Source: Nannocystis bainbridge (GTDB taxonomy: Bacteria; Myxococcota_A; Polyangia; Nannocystales; Nannocystaceae). Taken from it: a DNA stretch of 64,000 nt. Below are positions 29,652 to 40,054 of the stretch, in pieces. Under the pieces are notes generated by a model. The model was not told where the DNA came from, did no database searches, and worked only from the letters and a program-made list of their open reading frames with translations. How positions within the stretch are numbered: the stretch's first letter is position 1; each line of letters starts with the position of its first letter. Made by a program: the position numbers and the translations under genes. Location of the stretch: NCBI RefSeq assembly GCF_028368995.1, contig NZ_JAQNDL010000003.1:2592001-2656000 (forward strand), read 5' to 3'.

Positions 29652-31490
29652 GTGCCCGCTCGCCTCGCCGTCGCGCTCGCCGCTTCGCTCCTGTCCTTCG
29701 GGACATCTTGCAACAAGCAGCCGGCCGCCCCGCCGCCCGTCGCCCCGACCGCGCACGTCGAGCCGGCCTGGCGCGCCTGGGAGCCCGCGGCGTTCGAGGC
29801 CGCCAGGACCGGGCGCAAGATCATCCTCGTCGACGTGATCGCCAGCTGGTGTCACTGGTGCCACGTCATGGACGAGGAGACCTACGCCGACCCCGAGGTC
29901 GCCGCCCTGCTCGCCGAGCACTTCGTCGCCATCCGCGTCGACAGCGACGCCCGCCCCGACGTCGCCGAGCGCTACGCCGACTGGGGCTGGCCTGCCACCG
30001 CGATCCTCACCAGCGACGCTCGCCCCGTGCTCGAGCTGCGCGGCTACCAGGACCCGCGCGAGTTCGCCGCTCTCCTGCGCAAGCTCGTCGCCGACCAGCA
30101 GGCCGGCAACCTCACCGGCCGCGTCTCCCTGCCCGCTCCGCCGCCGCGCGGCGGTGACCTCGTCGACCTGCGCAAGCTCGCCAGCGACCAGCTCGACCGC
30201 ACCTGGGATCCCGACCAGGCCGGCTGGGGCCGCAAGCAGAAGTACCCGCTGGCCGCCAACAACGAGTACAGCCTGTTGCGCGCCTACCTGTACCAAGAGA
30301 CAGCCTGGCAAGAGCGCGGCCTGCTCGTCCTCGACCGCCAGCGCAACCTCATCGACCCGGTGTGGGGCGGCATGTACCAGTACAGCGTCCACGGCGTGTG
30401 GACCGACCCGCACTTCGAGAAGATCGCCCCCATCCAGGCCGGCGCGCTCGAGAGCTACGCCCTCGCCTGGCGCCGCACCCACGACCCGAAGTGGCGCGCC
30501 GCCGCCGGCGACATCGCCCGCTACCTCCTGCAGTTCTGGCGCGACCCCGACGGCGGCTTCTACACCAGCCAGGACGCCGACCTGCGCCTTCCGACAGGTC
30601 GCAAAGGACCTGTCCTTGGGGACGAATACTACGCCAAGGACGACGCCGCCCGCCGCGCTCTCGGCGTCCCCGTCATCGACACCCACGTCTACGCCGACCG
30701 CAACGGGGCCATCCTGCGCGGCCTCCTGCTGCTCGACGCCGTCGCCCCGGACGAGGCCGTGCGGGCCGCCGCGCTGCAGGCCGGCGAGCGGCTGGTCCGC
30801 ACCCACCGCGACGACCGCGGCGGCTTTCGCCACGCCGCCGCCGACCGCGGGCTGTTGCATCTGAGCGACCAGGTCGAGGTCGGCCGCGGCCTGCTCGCGC
30901 TGTGGCGCACGACCGGCGACCCGAAGTGGCAGCAGCTCGCGCGCGACGTCGCCGATTTCGCCCTGCGCGAGCTCGCCGACCCCGCCGGAGGGTTTTACGC
31001 CCACACCGTCGATCCCGCGGCGACCGGCGCCTTCGCCGAGCGGCGCAAGCCGTTCGACGACAACGCTCGCATGGCTCGCTTCCTGCTCGAGCTGCACCGC
31101 GGCCTCGACCACGACGCCGACGACCTGCCCTACGCCAGAGCGGCCGAGCTGGCGATTCGCGCCATCGCCCAGCCCGAGGCCGTCAAGGCGCAGATGCGCC
31201 AGGTCGGCGACTACTTGCTCGCGCTCGCCGAGCTGACCGCCACCCCGATCGACATCACCGTGGTCGGCCGCCCCGACCAGCCGGCCGCGCAGGCGCTCCT
31301 GCGCGCCGCCCTCGCCTACGACGAGCCGCGCGCCAACATCAGCCTCAGCCCGCCCGGCGCCCGCTACCCCGACCTGAAGCAGCCGGCCGCCTACCTCTGC
31401 ACCGACTCCGCCTGCTCGACCCCGATCACCGCGGTCGATCGCTTCGAAAAGTCAGCCGAGGCGTTCCTGCGCGGCGTCCCTCGCCCCTGA
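29652..31490 (+). CDS. Thioredoxin/DUF255 (YyaL/SPATA20-like) protein
   Basis: WCHWCHVMDEETY, RPDV, GWP, PHFEK and GGFYTSQDAD. Confidence 0.85.
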   Translation: MPARLAVALAASLLSFGTSCNKQPAAPPPVAPTAHVEPAWRAWEPAAFEAARTGRKIILVDVIASWCHWCHVMDEETYADPEVAALLAEHFVAIRVDSDARPDVAERYADWGWPATAILTSDARPVLELRGYQDPREFAALLRKLVADQQAGNLTGRVSLPAPPPRGGDLVDLRKLASDQLDRTWDPDQAGWGRKQKYPLAANNEYSLLRAYLYQETAWQERGLLVLDRQRNLIDPVWGGMYQYSVHGVWTDPHFEKIAPIQAGALESYALAWRRTHDPKWRAAAGDIARYLLQFWRDPDGGFYTSQDADLRLPTGRKGPVLGDEYYAKDDAARRALGVPVIDTHVYADRNGAILRGLLLLDAVAPDEAVRAAALQAGERLVRTHRDDRGGFRHAAADRGLLHLSDQVEVGRGLLALWRTTGDPKWQQLARDVADFALRELADPAGGFYAHTVDPAATGAFAERRKPFDDNARMARFLLELHRGLDHDADDLPYARAAELAIRAIAQPEAVKAQMRQVGDYLLALAELTATPIDITVVGRPDQPAAQALLRAALAYDEPRANISLSPPGARYPDLKQPAAYLCTDSACSTPITAVDRFEKSAEAFLRGVPRP

Positions 31491-31606
31491 GCGATCGCCG
31501 ACCCCTCGAATCATAGGACTTCCCGGCGACGCGAACATTCGCGCCGCCGGCGCAATGCGCATACCACGGGCCTCGCGGATCCGCGGACAATGTGCATTCC
31601 TTCCGG

Positions 31607-31679
31607 TGCCCAGAGTTGGACTCGAACCAACCCCTCTCCGTCTTCAGCGGAGTGCTTCCACCCGGTTAGCTTTCTGGGC
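31607..31679 (-). tRNA. tRNA-Phe(GAA), non-canonical, CCA not encoded
   Basis: Folds as acceptor GCCCAGA/TCTGGGC, anticodon arm CTCCG-CTGAAGA-CGGAG and T arm GTTGG-TTCGAGT-CCAAC (73 nt). Confidence 0.85.
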
Positions 31680-31803
31680 GCTGATACGCACCGCTGCGAC
31701 GGCCCGTCCTGCGGCTCCGCGCGCCGCAAAGGCGACGAAACGAACCGGAGAGAGGGGCCGGAGCGCACGCCAGGGCAGCTCCGGAGGCCCGGAGCCGACC
31801 TGG

Positions 31804-31896
31804 CTACGTAAACAGCGAACCCTGGGCGACAACCACACGCACCACCCGCGCGGCGTGGAGCCGCGCGCCGTGGTCGAGATGTCGTGCCGCCTGCAT
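31804..31896 (-). CDS. Putative leader peptide MQAARHLDHGARLHAARVVRVVVAQGSLFT
   Basis: ATG just after the promoter, with the stop directly before a strong hairpin. Too short for the ORF track. Confidence 0.45.
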   Translation of the reverse strand: MQAARHLDHGARLHAARVVRVVVAQGSLFT

Positions 31897-31906
31897 GGTG
31901 ATTACG

Positions 31907-31935
31907 GGTATAGAAGCACCCGCCGCCATTGTCAA
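31907..31935 (-). promoter_or_regulatory. Sigma70-type promoter pointing at the leader and tRNA
   Basis: TTGACA-17 bp-TATACC on the minus strand. Confidence 0.7.
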
Positions 31936-32024
31936 CAGTATGACCCGACCTTTTTTCGTATCGCCGGGCCCGCGCGCTCCTGCGCTTGACGGCCCGCCGG
32001 CCGCGATGCTGTATTGCGGTGCAA

Positions 32025-32672
32025 ATGCGCCGACTCCTCCCCCTCGCGCTGGTGACCCTGGCGACCGCCTGCACCGATCGCCCGGTCGGCGAGGACAGCG
32101 ACGCCGGCTCGTCGACGACCTCCAATTCGACGACGACCTCGACCGCGACCACCGAGTCCCCGACCACCGAGGCCCCGACCACCGGCGGCACCACCGACGC
32201 GCCCGACCCTTGCCTCGAGCACCGCTACGCCAGCGGCGGCTCGCACGCGTGGATGCTGACCTGCGGGCTGCCCGAGCTGTGCGGCGGCGCCGAACCGCTG
32301 CTCTTCTCGACCACCACGCTCGAGCCGAGCGCTCCGGAAGAGATCGAGGTCGACGACCTCGACCGCGCGCGCTGCATGGCCGCGGCCCTGCGCGACCGCA
32401 CGCCGGGGCAGATCGCCTGGTCGCAGGTCGTCGGCCCCGACGTCATCTTCAGCCCCCTCTCGCTGGAGATCGTCCAGGGCACCGCCCTGGTGCGCAACGT
32501 GGACGGCCTCCAAGAGTTTGTGCTCCCCGACACCTACGAGGGCATGTACCCGCTGCGCCCGCCGGAGTTCTTCGCCGCCTGCGCCGAGGGCGACGCGCTC
32601 GCCCTGTGGCAATGCCTCATGGACGCCGTCGAACCGGCGTGCCTGCCCGGCCCCATGACCTGTCCCAAGTGA
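32025..32672 (+). CDS. Lipoprotein with Thr-rich linker
   Basis: Lipobox LATAC, then a S/T-rich stretch and a Cys-containing domain. Confidence 0.75.
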   Translation: MRRLLPLALVTLATACTDRPVGEDSDAGSSTTSNSTTTSTATTESPTTEAPTTGGTTDAPDPCLEHRYASGGSHAWMLTCGLPELCGGAEPLLFSTTTLEPSAPEEIEVDDLDRARCMAAALRDRTPGQIAWSQVVGPDVIFSPLSLEIVQGTALVRNVDGLQEFVLPDTYEGMYPLRPPEFFAACAEGDALALWQCLMDAVEPACLPGPMTCPK

Positions 32673-32725
32673 CATGTGATTTCGGCGCCGGCGACCCGAC
32701 GCACCCGAACCGGCCGCGGCTTGTT

Positions 32726-34096
32726 ATGCTCCTCGCGCCCGTGACCCGGCTCCGCTCCCTCGCCGTCTTCGTCGTCGCCTTCGCGGTGCTCGCGGTGCTC
32801 GCGGGCAAGGACCTGCTGCAGCCGAGCGCCAACAATCACCACGCGCACATGGCCCAGGGCTGGCTCGAAGGTCGGCTCGCGCTCCCGGGCGAGCCGCCGG
32901 GCTACCCGCGCAACTTCGACGACTGGGGCCGCGTCCACAGCCTCACCCTCAAGGACGGCACCGTCCTGCGCGGCTTCCCGTGCCGCACCCCGGCCTGCGT
33001 CGACCGGCGCCGGCGCGAGCGCATCGAGAGCTTCCGCGCCACCGACGGTCGCGTCCACGAAGTCCCGCTCGCGCAGGTCGCCGCGCGCGGCGGCACCTGG
33101 TACGTGACCTTTCCGCCAGGTCCGGCGCTGATCATGTTGCCCGGCGTCGCCCTGCTCGGCCTCGGCTTCCCCGACATCCTGCTCACCGTCGTCGTCGGCG
33201 CGCTGATCCCCGCGTTTCTGCTGCGCCTGCTCGAGCGCGTCCGCCCCGGCCGCACGCGCGAGCACCTGCTCGCCTGCGTCGCCTGGACCCTCGCCAGCCC
33301 GGCCTGCTTCGTCGCCGCCCACGGCAGCGTGTGGTTCACCGCGCAGGTCCTCGCGGCCATGTTCCTCGTGCTGCACATCGGCGCCGCGTGGGCCGCCGAG
33401 CGCCCGCTCCGCGCTGGTCTGTGGCTCGGCCTCGCCGCCGCCTGTCGCCCGCAGGTCGCGTTCGCGCTGCCGTTCTTCCTGCTCGAGTGGCGCCGCTTCG
33501 ATCGCCGGCCCGCCACGCTGCTGCGCTTCTTCGCCCCGCTGGCGCTGATCGGCGCCGCGCTGGCGCTGCTCAACTGGGCCCGCTTCGACGACATCTTCGA
33601 GTTCGGCCACCGCTACCTCGAGATCCGCTGGCAGGCGCGGATCCAGGAGCACGGGATGTTCGGCCTGCACTACCTGTGGCGCAACCTCGAGTGCATGGTC
33701 TGGCTGTGGCCGCAGATCCAGCTGTCACCGCTGCACGTGCGCTGGTCGATCCACGGCATGGGCCTCTTGATCGGCTCACCGTGGCTGCTGTGCCTGCTCG
33801 CCGCCCGCGATCCGCTGCCGCAGCGGTGGGGCCTCGTGCTCGCCGCCAGCGCCGTCGCAGTGCCCGCGCTGCTGTATCAGAACAGCGGCCAGGTCCAGTT
33901 CTCATACCGCTTCGCGCTCGATTTCCTGCCGTTCGTGCTGGTCCTGCTGGTCGCCGGCGGCGGCGCGCGCAGCCGGTGGTTCATGCCGCTCGTGCTCGCC
34001 TCGGCCGCTCTGCAGCTTTACGGCGCATGGCTGTTCCAGCGCGCCCCGGGCCGGCTGTTCGTCGCCGACCCGTGGTGGCCGTTCGCGCCGGAGTGA
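32726..34096 (+). CDS. Polytopic membrane protein (GT-C-like)
   Basis: Many TM helices, with YVTFPPGPA, ACRP, NWARF..FEFG and YRFALDF motifs. Confidence 0.6.
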   Translation: MLLAPVTRLRSLAVFVVAFAVLAVLAGKDLLQPSANNHHAHMAQGWLEGRLALPGEPPGYPRNFDDWGRVHSLTLKDGTVLRGFPCRTPACVDRRRRERIESFRATDGRVHEVPLAQVAARGGTWYVTFPPGPALIMLPGVALLGLGFPDILLTVVVGALIPAFLLRLLERVRPGRTREHLLACVAWTLASPACFVAAHGSVWFTAQVLAAMFLVLHIGAAWAAERPLRAGLWLGLAAACRPQVAFALPFFLLEWRRFDRRPATLLRFFAPLALIGAALALLNWARFDDIFEFGHRYLEIRWQARIQEHGMFGLHYLWRNLECMVWLWPQIQLSPLHVRWSIHGMGLLIGSPWLLCLLAARDPLPQRWGLVLAASAVAVPALLYQNSGQVQFSYRFALDFLPFVLVLLVAGGGARSRWFMPLVLASAALQLYGAWLFQRAPGRLFVADPWWPFAPE

Positions 34097-34281
34097 AGCT
34101 CGCCCGGCGCTCCGTCGCCGAACCCGCAGCTCGCCGGACCGGCTCCTGGAGACCAGCCCGGCGAACTCGAGTCACAGCACGTCTCGCGTGACTCACTGCG
34201 AAGCGACCGCCGCCTCATCGGCGAGAAGAGGCGAGGATGACCTCGAGCTGGCGCGCGGCGGAGCCAGCCGTCGCCCTCGAG

Positions 34282-36066
34282 TCAGCGCAGCTCGACCGTC
34301 GCCCCGACCGCGTGCAGCAGCTCCTGGTGCGCCATCGCGGCCTCGCGGGCGACCGCCGCCTTGATCAGCGTCGGCGCGGCCTCGACCAGGTCCTTGGCCT
34401 CCTTGAGCCCGAGCCCGGTGATGGCGCGCACCTCCTTGATCACCGAGATCTTGTTCGGCCCGCACACCTGCAGGAACAGGTCGACCTCGGCCGCCACGCC
34501 CCGCTCCGCCTCGCGCAGCTCGACGGCCGCCCCGAGCGCGACGAGCTGCTGCGCCAGCGCGCTCGCCTCGCTGCGCGGCAGCCCCGAGCGCACCACCGCG
34601 CCGGCCGTCTCCGACATGTCCTTGGACTCCTTGAGCCCGAGCCCGGTCACCTCGCGGATCAGCTTGATCACCATGATCTTCTGCGGCCCGCAGTCGTTCA
34701 GCACCACGTCGATCGGCGTCAGGTCGTCGTCCTCGTCCTCGTCCAGCGCCTGGCCGCGGATCTCCACCCGCGCGCCCGCGGCCGTCAGCGCCTCCGCGAG
34801 CCTGCGCGCCTCGTCCCCGCGCAGGCCCTCCTTGATCATGACGTCGGTCGACTCGGACAAGTCCTTGGCGTCCTTGAGCCCGAGCCCCGTAGCCTCGCGG
34901 ATCAGCTTGATCACGCTGATCTTGTTCTCGCCGTGGTGGCGCAAGATCACCCCGAAGCCGCGGCTCGGCTCGGGCAGCGCTGCCGGCGGCGGCGGGGCTG
35001 CGGCACGGAGCTCGACCTGTGCGCCCACGAGCAGCAGCGCCTGCTGGAGCACCCGCGCATCGAACTCGCCCACGCCCTGCTTGATCACCGAGTCGGCGGC
35101 CTCGGACAGGTCCTTGGCGTCCTTGAGCCCGAGCGTGGTGTGGTCGCGGATGACCTTGATGACGTTGATCTTGTTCGGCCCGTGGTGCTGCAGCACCACG
35201 TCGAAGCGCGAGCCCGACGCGAATTGCGGCGTCGCTGTCGGCGCCGCACGTGGCGCCCCGCGGACCGACACCTGCGCGCCCACGGCTGCCAGCGCCCGCT
35301 CGAGCGCCCGCGCCTCCGGCTCGTCCAGGCCTTGTCGGATCACCACGTCGATCGACTCGGACAGATCCTTGGCCTCCTTCAGCCCGAGCCCGGTGGCCTC
35401 GCGGACCAGCTTGACGACATCGATCTTGCGCGTGCCGAAGTGGTGGAGGATCACCGCGAAGCCGTCCGCAGGCGCGCTCGCCGGGGCCGCGCCGCCGGTC
35501 ACCAGGGTCGGCGTTGCGCTGCTGCCCGTCGCGCCCCACGTCACCGCCGCCGACGCTCCGCTTGTCTCGCGCTCCGCCGGCGCGCTGCCGTCGTGCCCGC
35601 GGACCTCGACGATCGCCCCGGCCTCGACCAACTCGTGGCGCAGCGCCTCTGCCTCGTCCTGGGCGAGCCGCCGCTTCAGCAGGCACGGCGCGTCGTCGAC
35701 CAGCTCGACCGCCTCGCGCAGCCCGAGGCCCATCATCATCTTCAGCGCGCGCACGACGTTGATCTTGTTGTCGCCGCGGTCGCGCAGGTACACGTCGAAG
35801 AACGCCGGCGCTGGCGCGGCGCCGTGGGTCCGCAGCTCGACCGTCGCGCCGACGGCCACCAGCTTGACGCGCAGCGCCTCGGCCAGCGCCGGGGCGATCC
35901 GCGTCCGGATCGCGCTCGGGGCCCGGGCCACCAGCTCGGCGGCCGCGGCCGCCTCGAGGCCCGTCATCGCCCGCACCGCCTCGGCCACCGCCGCCGGGTT
36001 CGCCCCGGCTTCGCGCAGGATCACGTCCTGCGGGACAAATTCGCCCGTCTGGCCTCCGCCCGTCAT
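34282..36066 (-). CDS. Protein of seven tandem ribosomal bL12 (L7/L12) C-terminal domains
   Basis: Seven ~68-aa repeats of FDV.L...G.NKI.VIK.IRE.TGLGLKEAKDL.E...GA.VELR. Confidence 0.88.
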   Translation of the reverse strand: MTGGGQTGEFVPQDVILREAGANPAAVAEAVRAMTGLEAAAAAELVARAPSAIRTRIAPALAEALRVKLVAVGATVELRTHGAAPAPAFFDVYLRDRGDNKINVVRALKMMMGLGLREAVELVDDAPCLLKRRLAQDEAEALRHELVEAGAIVEVRGHDGSAPAERETSGASAAVTWGATGSSATPTLVTGGAAPASAPADGFAVILHHFGTRKIDVVKLVREATGLGLKEAKDLSESIDVVIRQGLDEPEARALERALAAVGAQVSVRGAPRAAPTATPQFASGSRFDVVLQHHGPNKINVIKVIRDHTTLGLKDAKDLSEAADSVIKQGVGEFDARVLQQALLLVGAQVELRAAAPPPPAALPEPSRGFGVILRHHGENKISVIKLIREATGLGLKDAKDLSESTDVMIKEGLRGDEARRLAEALTAAGARVEIRGQALDEDEDDDLTPIDVVLNDCGPQKIMVIKLIREVTGLGLKESKDMSETAGAVVRSGLPRSEASALAQQLVALGAAVELREAERGVAAEVDLFLQVCGPNKISVIKEVRAITGLGLKEAKDLVEAAPTLIKAAVAREAAMAHQELLHAVGATVELR

Positions 36067-36287
36067 CGCTCGACCTCCGGGGCCGACGATACCCGAATCA
36101 CCGCGGCACCGTCGCGTCCGCGGACACGGGCGTGTTCGCACCGAGCACCCCGTCGGTGGTCTCGCCCCCCACACCGCGTCCCGGGCGCGATCTCCCGCCA
36201 GCGCCGGGCCGTCCCGCTGCTGCGCTCGCCGGGTCGCTCGAGCAATCCCCCTCGCGCCTCGGCCGACTTCGCCCCGCACCCGGTCGT

Positions 36288-36343
36288 ATCACCTCAGGAC
36301 ATGTCCTCAAGAACATATCCTCAAGGACATGCCCCTTCAGACA
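36288..36343. repeat. Head-to-tail chain of 14-bp TGTC-N6-GACA variants
   Basis: ...GGACA|TGTCCTCAAGAACA|TATCCTCAAGGACA|TGCCCCTTCAGACA. Confidence 0.75.
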
Positions 36344-36345
36344 TC

Positions 36346-37844
<1,499 letters not shown>

Positions 37845-37848
<4 letters not shown>

Positions 37849-37883
37849 TGAAATGTCAGTGCTGCATCACTGAGATTTAAGTG
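37845..37883. promoter_or_regulatory. Tandem palindromes, a putative enhancer for the sigma54 activator
   Basis: CACTGA-AATG-TCAGTG and CACTGA-GATT-TAAGTG, 22 bp apart (about two helical turns). Confidence 0.6.
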
Positions 37884-37999
37884 CGATCGACTCGGTGCGT
37901 CGCCGCACGGCCCGCAAGCCCCTGTTTTGCAAGCCCTTCTCCTCGCTGGGTCCGACGGCGCGAGGCGTGCTCAGGGCTGCCCCAGGAGACAGATTTTTC

Positions 38000-38302
38000 A
38001 TGCCGCATGTCATCACCCGTCATTGCGTCGGCACCTGCGACACGGTTTGCGTCGAGGCCTGCCCGGTCGAGTGCATCCACGGTCCCATCCCGCACGCGAC
38101 GCTGCGCGCGGTCCCTGCTGCCGAGCGCGGCGTGCGGTTCCCCGGGGTCCAGCTCTACATCGATCCGGACGAATGCATCGACTGCGGCGCGTGCCTCGGG
38201 CAGTGCCCGGTCTCGGCCATTCACATGGACTGCGACGTCCCGGGCGAGCTGCGGGACGACATCGAGGTCAATGCGCGCTTCTTCGGCCGCAAGGTGCGGT
38301 GA
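38000..38302 (+). CDS. Dicluster 4Fe-4S ferredoxin (FdxA-like)
   Basis: CVGTCDTVCVEACPVECI and CIDCGACLGQCPVSAI, with AGGAG upstream. Confidence 0.9.
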   Translation: MPHVITRHCVGTCDTVCVEACPVECIHGPIPHATLRAVPAAERGVRFPGVQLYIDPDECIDCGACLGQCPVSAIHMDCDVPGELRDDIEVNARFFGRKVR

Positions 38303-38368
38303 ATTGCGCCGACGCCGCGGCCGATTGGGCGCGTGACAGTCGTCGCGCGGGGACCCTACACTCTCGGC

Positions 38369-39142
38369 GTGCTTCGTCGCGTCGTCGCCGCTCGCTATGT
38401 CGTTCCGTTGCGGGAGGGCGGCTCGTTACCCGGCGTCGTCGAGGCCGACGACGGCCGCTCCTACGTCGTGAAGTTCCGCGCCGCTGGCCAGGGAGCGCGC
38501 GCTCTGGTCGCCGAGATCGTGGTCGGCGAGCTGGGCCGCACGCTCGGCTTGCCGGTGCCGGAGCTGGTGATCGTCGAGCTCGACGCGGGCGTCGGCCGCA
38601 ACGAGGGCGACCCCGAGATCCGCGACCTCGTGGTGGCGAGCGCCGGCGACAACGTCGGCATGACTTTCTTGGCCAGCGCGATCGGCTTCGACCCCGCGGC
38701 CCGGCCGAAGCTCGATCCGTCGCTCGCCGCCCGCACCGTCGCCTTCGACGCCTTCGCCCAGAACATGGACCGCACGGCCAAGAACACCAACCTGCTGTGG
38801 TGCGCCGGCAAGCTGTGGCTCATCGATCACGGCGCGGCGCTCTACTGGCAGCACGACTGGGACGGCGGCCTCGCCGGCGTCGACTCCAAGTTCCCGCTGA
38901 TCGCCAACCACGTGCTGCTCCCGTGGGCCAGCCCCATCGCGGCCGAGGCCGAGTGGTTGACCGCGGGCCTCACCGACGCGGCGATCGACGCGGCCACCGC
39001 GGCGGTGCCCGAGGCGTGGTGGACGGCCCCGCCCGCGCTGCCGCCTGACGAGTTCCGGGCCGCCTTCACTGCCCGTCTGCGAGCCCGCCGCGACGCCGCG
39101 GCCGTCTACCTGGAGGAGGCCGACCGTGCGCGCGCCGTTTGA
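38369..39142 (+). CDS. HipA-like kinase (HipA_2 type)
   Basis: RYVVPLREGGSLP, VVKFRAAGQG, NMDRTAKNTNLL and LIDHGA. Confidence 0.8.
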   Translation: MLRRVVAARYVVPLREGGSLPGVVEADDGRSYVVKFRAAGQGARALVAEIVVGELGRTLGLPVPELVIVELDAGVGRNEGDPEIRDLVVASAGDNVGMTFLASAIGFDPAARPKLDPSLAARTVAFDAFAQNMDRTAKNTNLLWCAGKLWLIDHGAALYWQHDWDGGLAGVDSKFPLIANHVLLPWASPIAAEAEWLTAGLTDAAIDAATAAVPEAWWTAPPALPPDEFRAAFTARLRARRDAAAVYLEEADRARAV

Positions 39143-39503
39143 TTACGCGATCGTCCGGGTGGTCCCGCGGGTCGAGCGGGAGGAGTTCGTCAACGTGGGC
39201 GTCATCGTCCACGCGCCGACCCTCGGCTTCCTCGGCTGCGCCCTCGCCCTCGACCGCCACCGCGTGCACGCCCTCGCCGACACCGTCGACCTCGAGGCGC
39301 TCACCCGCCACTTGGACGCCTTCCGCGCGGTCTGCTACGGCGACCAGGGCGCCGGCTCGATCGCCGCCCTGCCGATCTCCGAGCGCTTCCACTGGCTGGT
39401 CGCCCCGCGCAGCACCATCATCCAGACCTCCGCGGTCCACGGCGGCGTGTGCACCGACGCGACCTTCGCTCTGCGCGACCTGTTTAAAAAACGCGTGGTC
39501 TGA
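39126..39503 (+). CDS. DUF3037-family protein
   Basis: FDYAIVRVVPRVEREEFVNVGVI and ERFHWLVAPRSTIIQTS. Overlaps the kinase gene. Confidence 0.85.
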   Translation: MRAPFDYAIVRVVPRVEREEFVNVGVIVHAPTLGFLGCALALDRHRVHALADTVDLEALTRHLDAFRAVCYGDQGAGSIAALPISERFHWLVAPRSTIIQTSAVHGGVCTDATFALRDLFKKRVV

Positions 39504-40054
39504 GCGGCGCGCGAGCCGGCTCGCAAGCATCGTGCGAGAGGACCGCGTGCGGCCAGCGCGGCGCATCGCATCCACGTGCGAGCAGGCGGCGCGCCGCCCC
39601 ACCTCGTCGGTCGCGCGCGAGCGACTCGCCCGGCGCTGCCGGCAATGCTTCGACTCTGCGCGAGCGATCGCTGCGCCGTGCCAGAGGTTCGATGGAGGCG
39701 AGGCGTCGCGGCGCGACCGCCCTCGACGCATGGCCGCGAGTCGCGGCGACCGCAGCGAGGCGTGAATCTTCGATGCGGCCGCGCGCGAGGCATCGCCGTC
39801 CGAATCGCCTCGACCTCCTGCGAGGCGTCGCTTCCGCCGCATGCGGCCCGGCCGCGCCAGCGCTCGAGCGACTCCAACCTTATGCGAGTACGCGGGGCAT
39901 GCCTTCGTCGCGCGGCCCGCTCGCCGTGGACGCGGGCTGCGGGTGCTGAACTCTACGTCTCGGCCCACCCCGTGACGAGCACCGCGCGGTCGGCAGCGAC
40001 AGGCTCGCTGCGCCGACGGCGAGCCGCATGGTTATCCGCAAAGAGGATTCATCC

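Noticed and set aside
31490-32025. tRNA as an integration site of a prophage or island
   Set aside because: No integrase, no duplicated tRNA 3' end and no compositional shift were seen in the window.
34282-36066. Calling this gene rplL
   Set aside because: It has no N-terminal dimerisation domain, carries seven CTDs and lacks rplJ/rpoB context.
37890-37990. Sigma54 -24/-12 promoter for the ferredoxin
   Set aside because: Only a weak GG-N10-GC match, lacking the TGGCAC/TTGC context.
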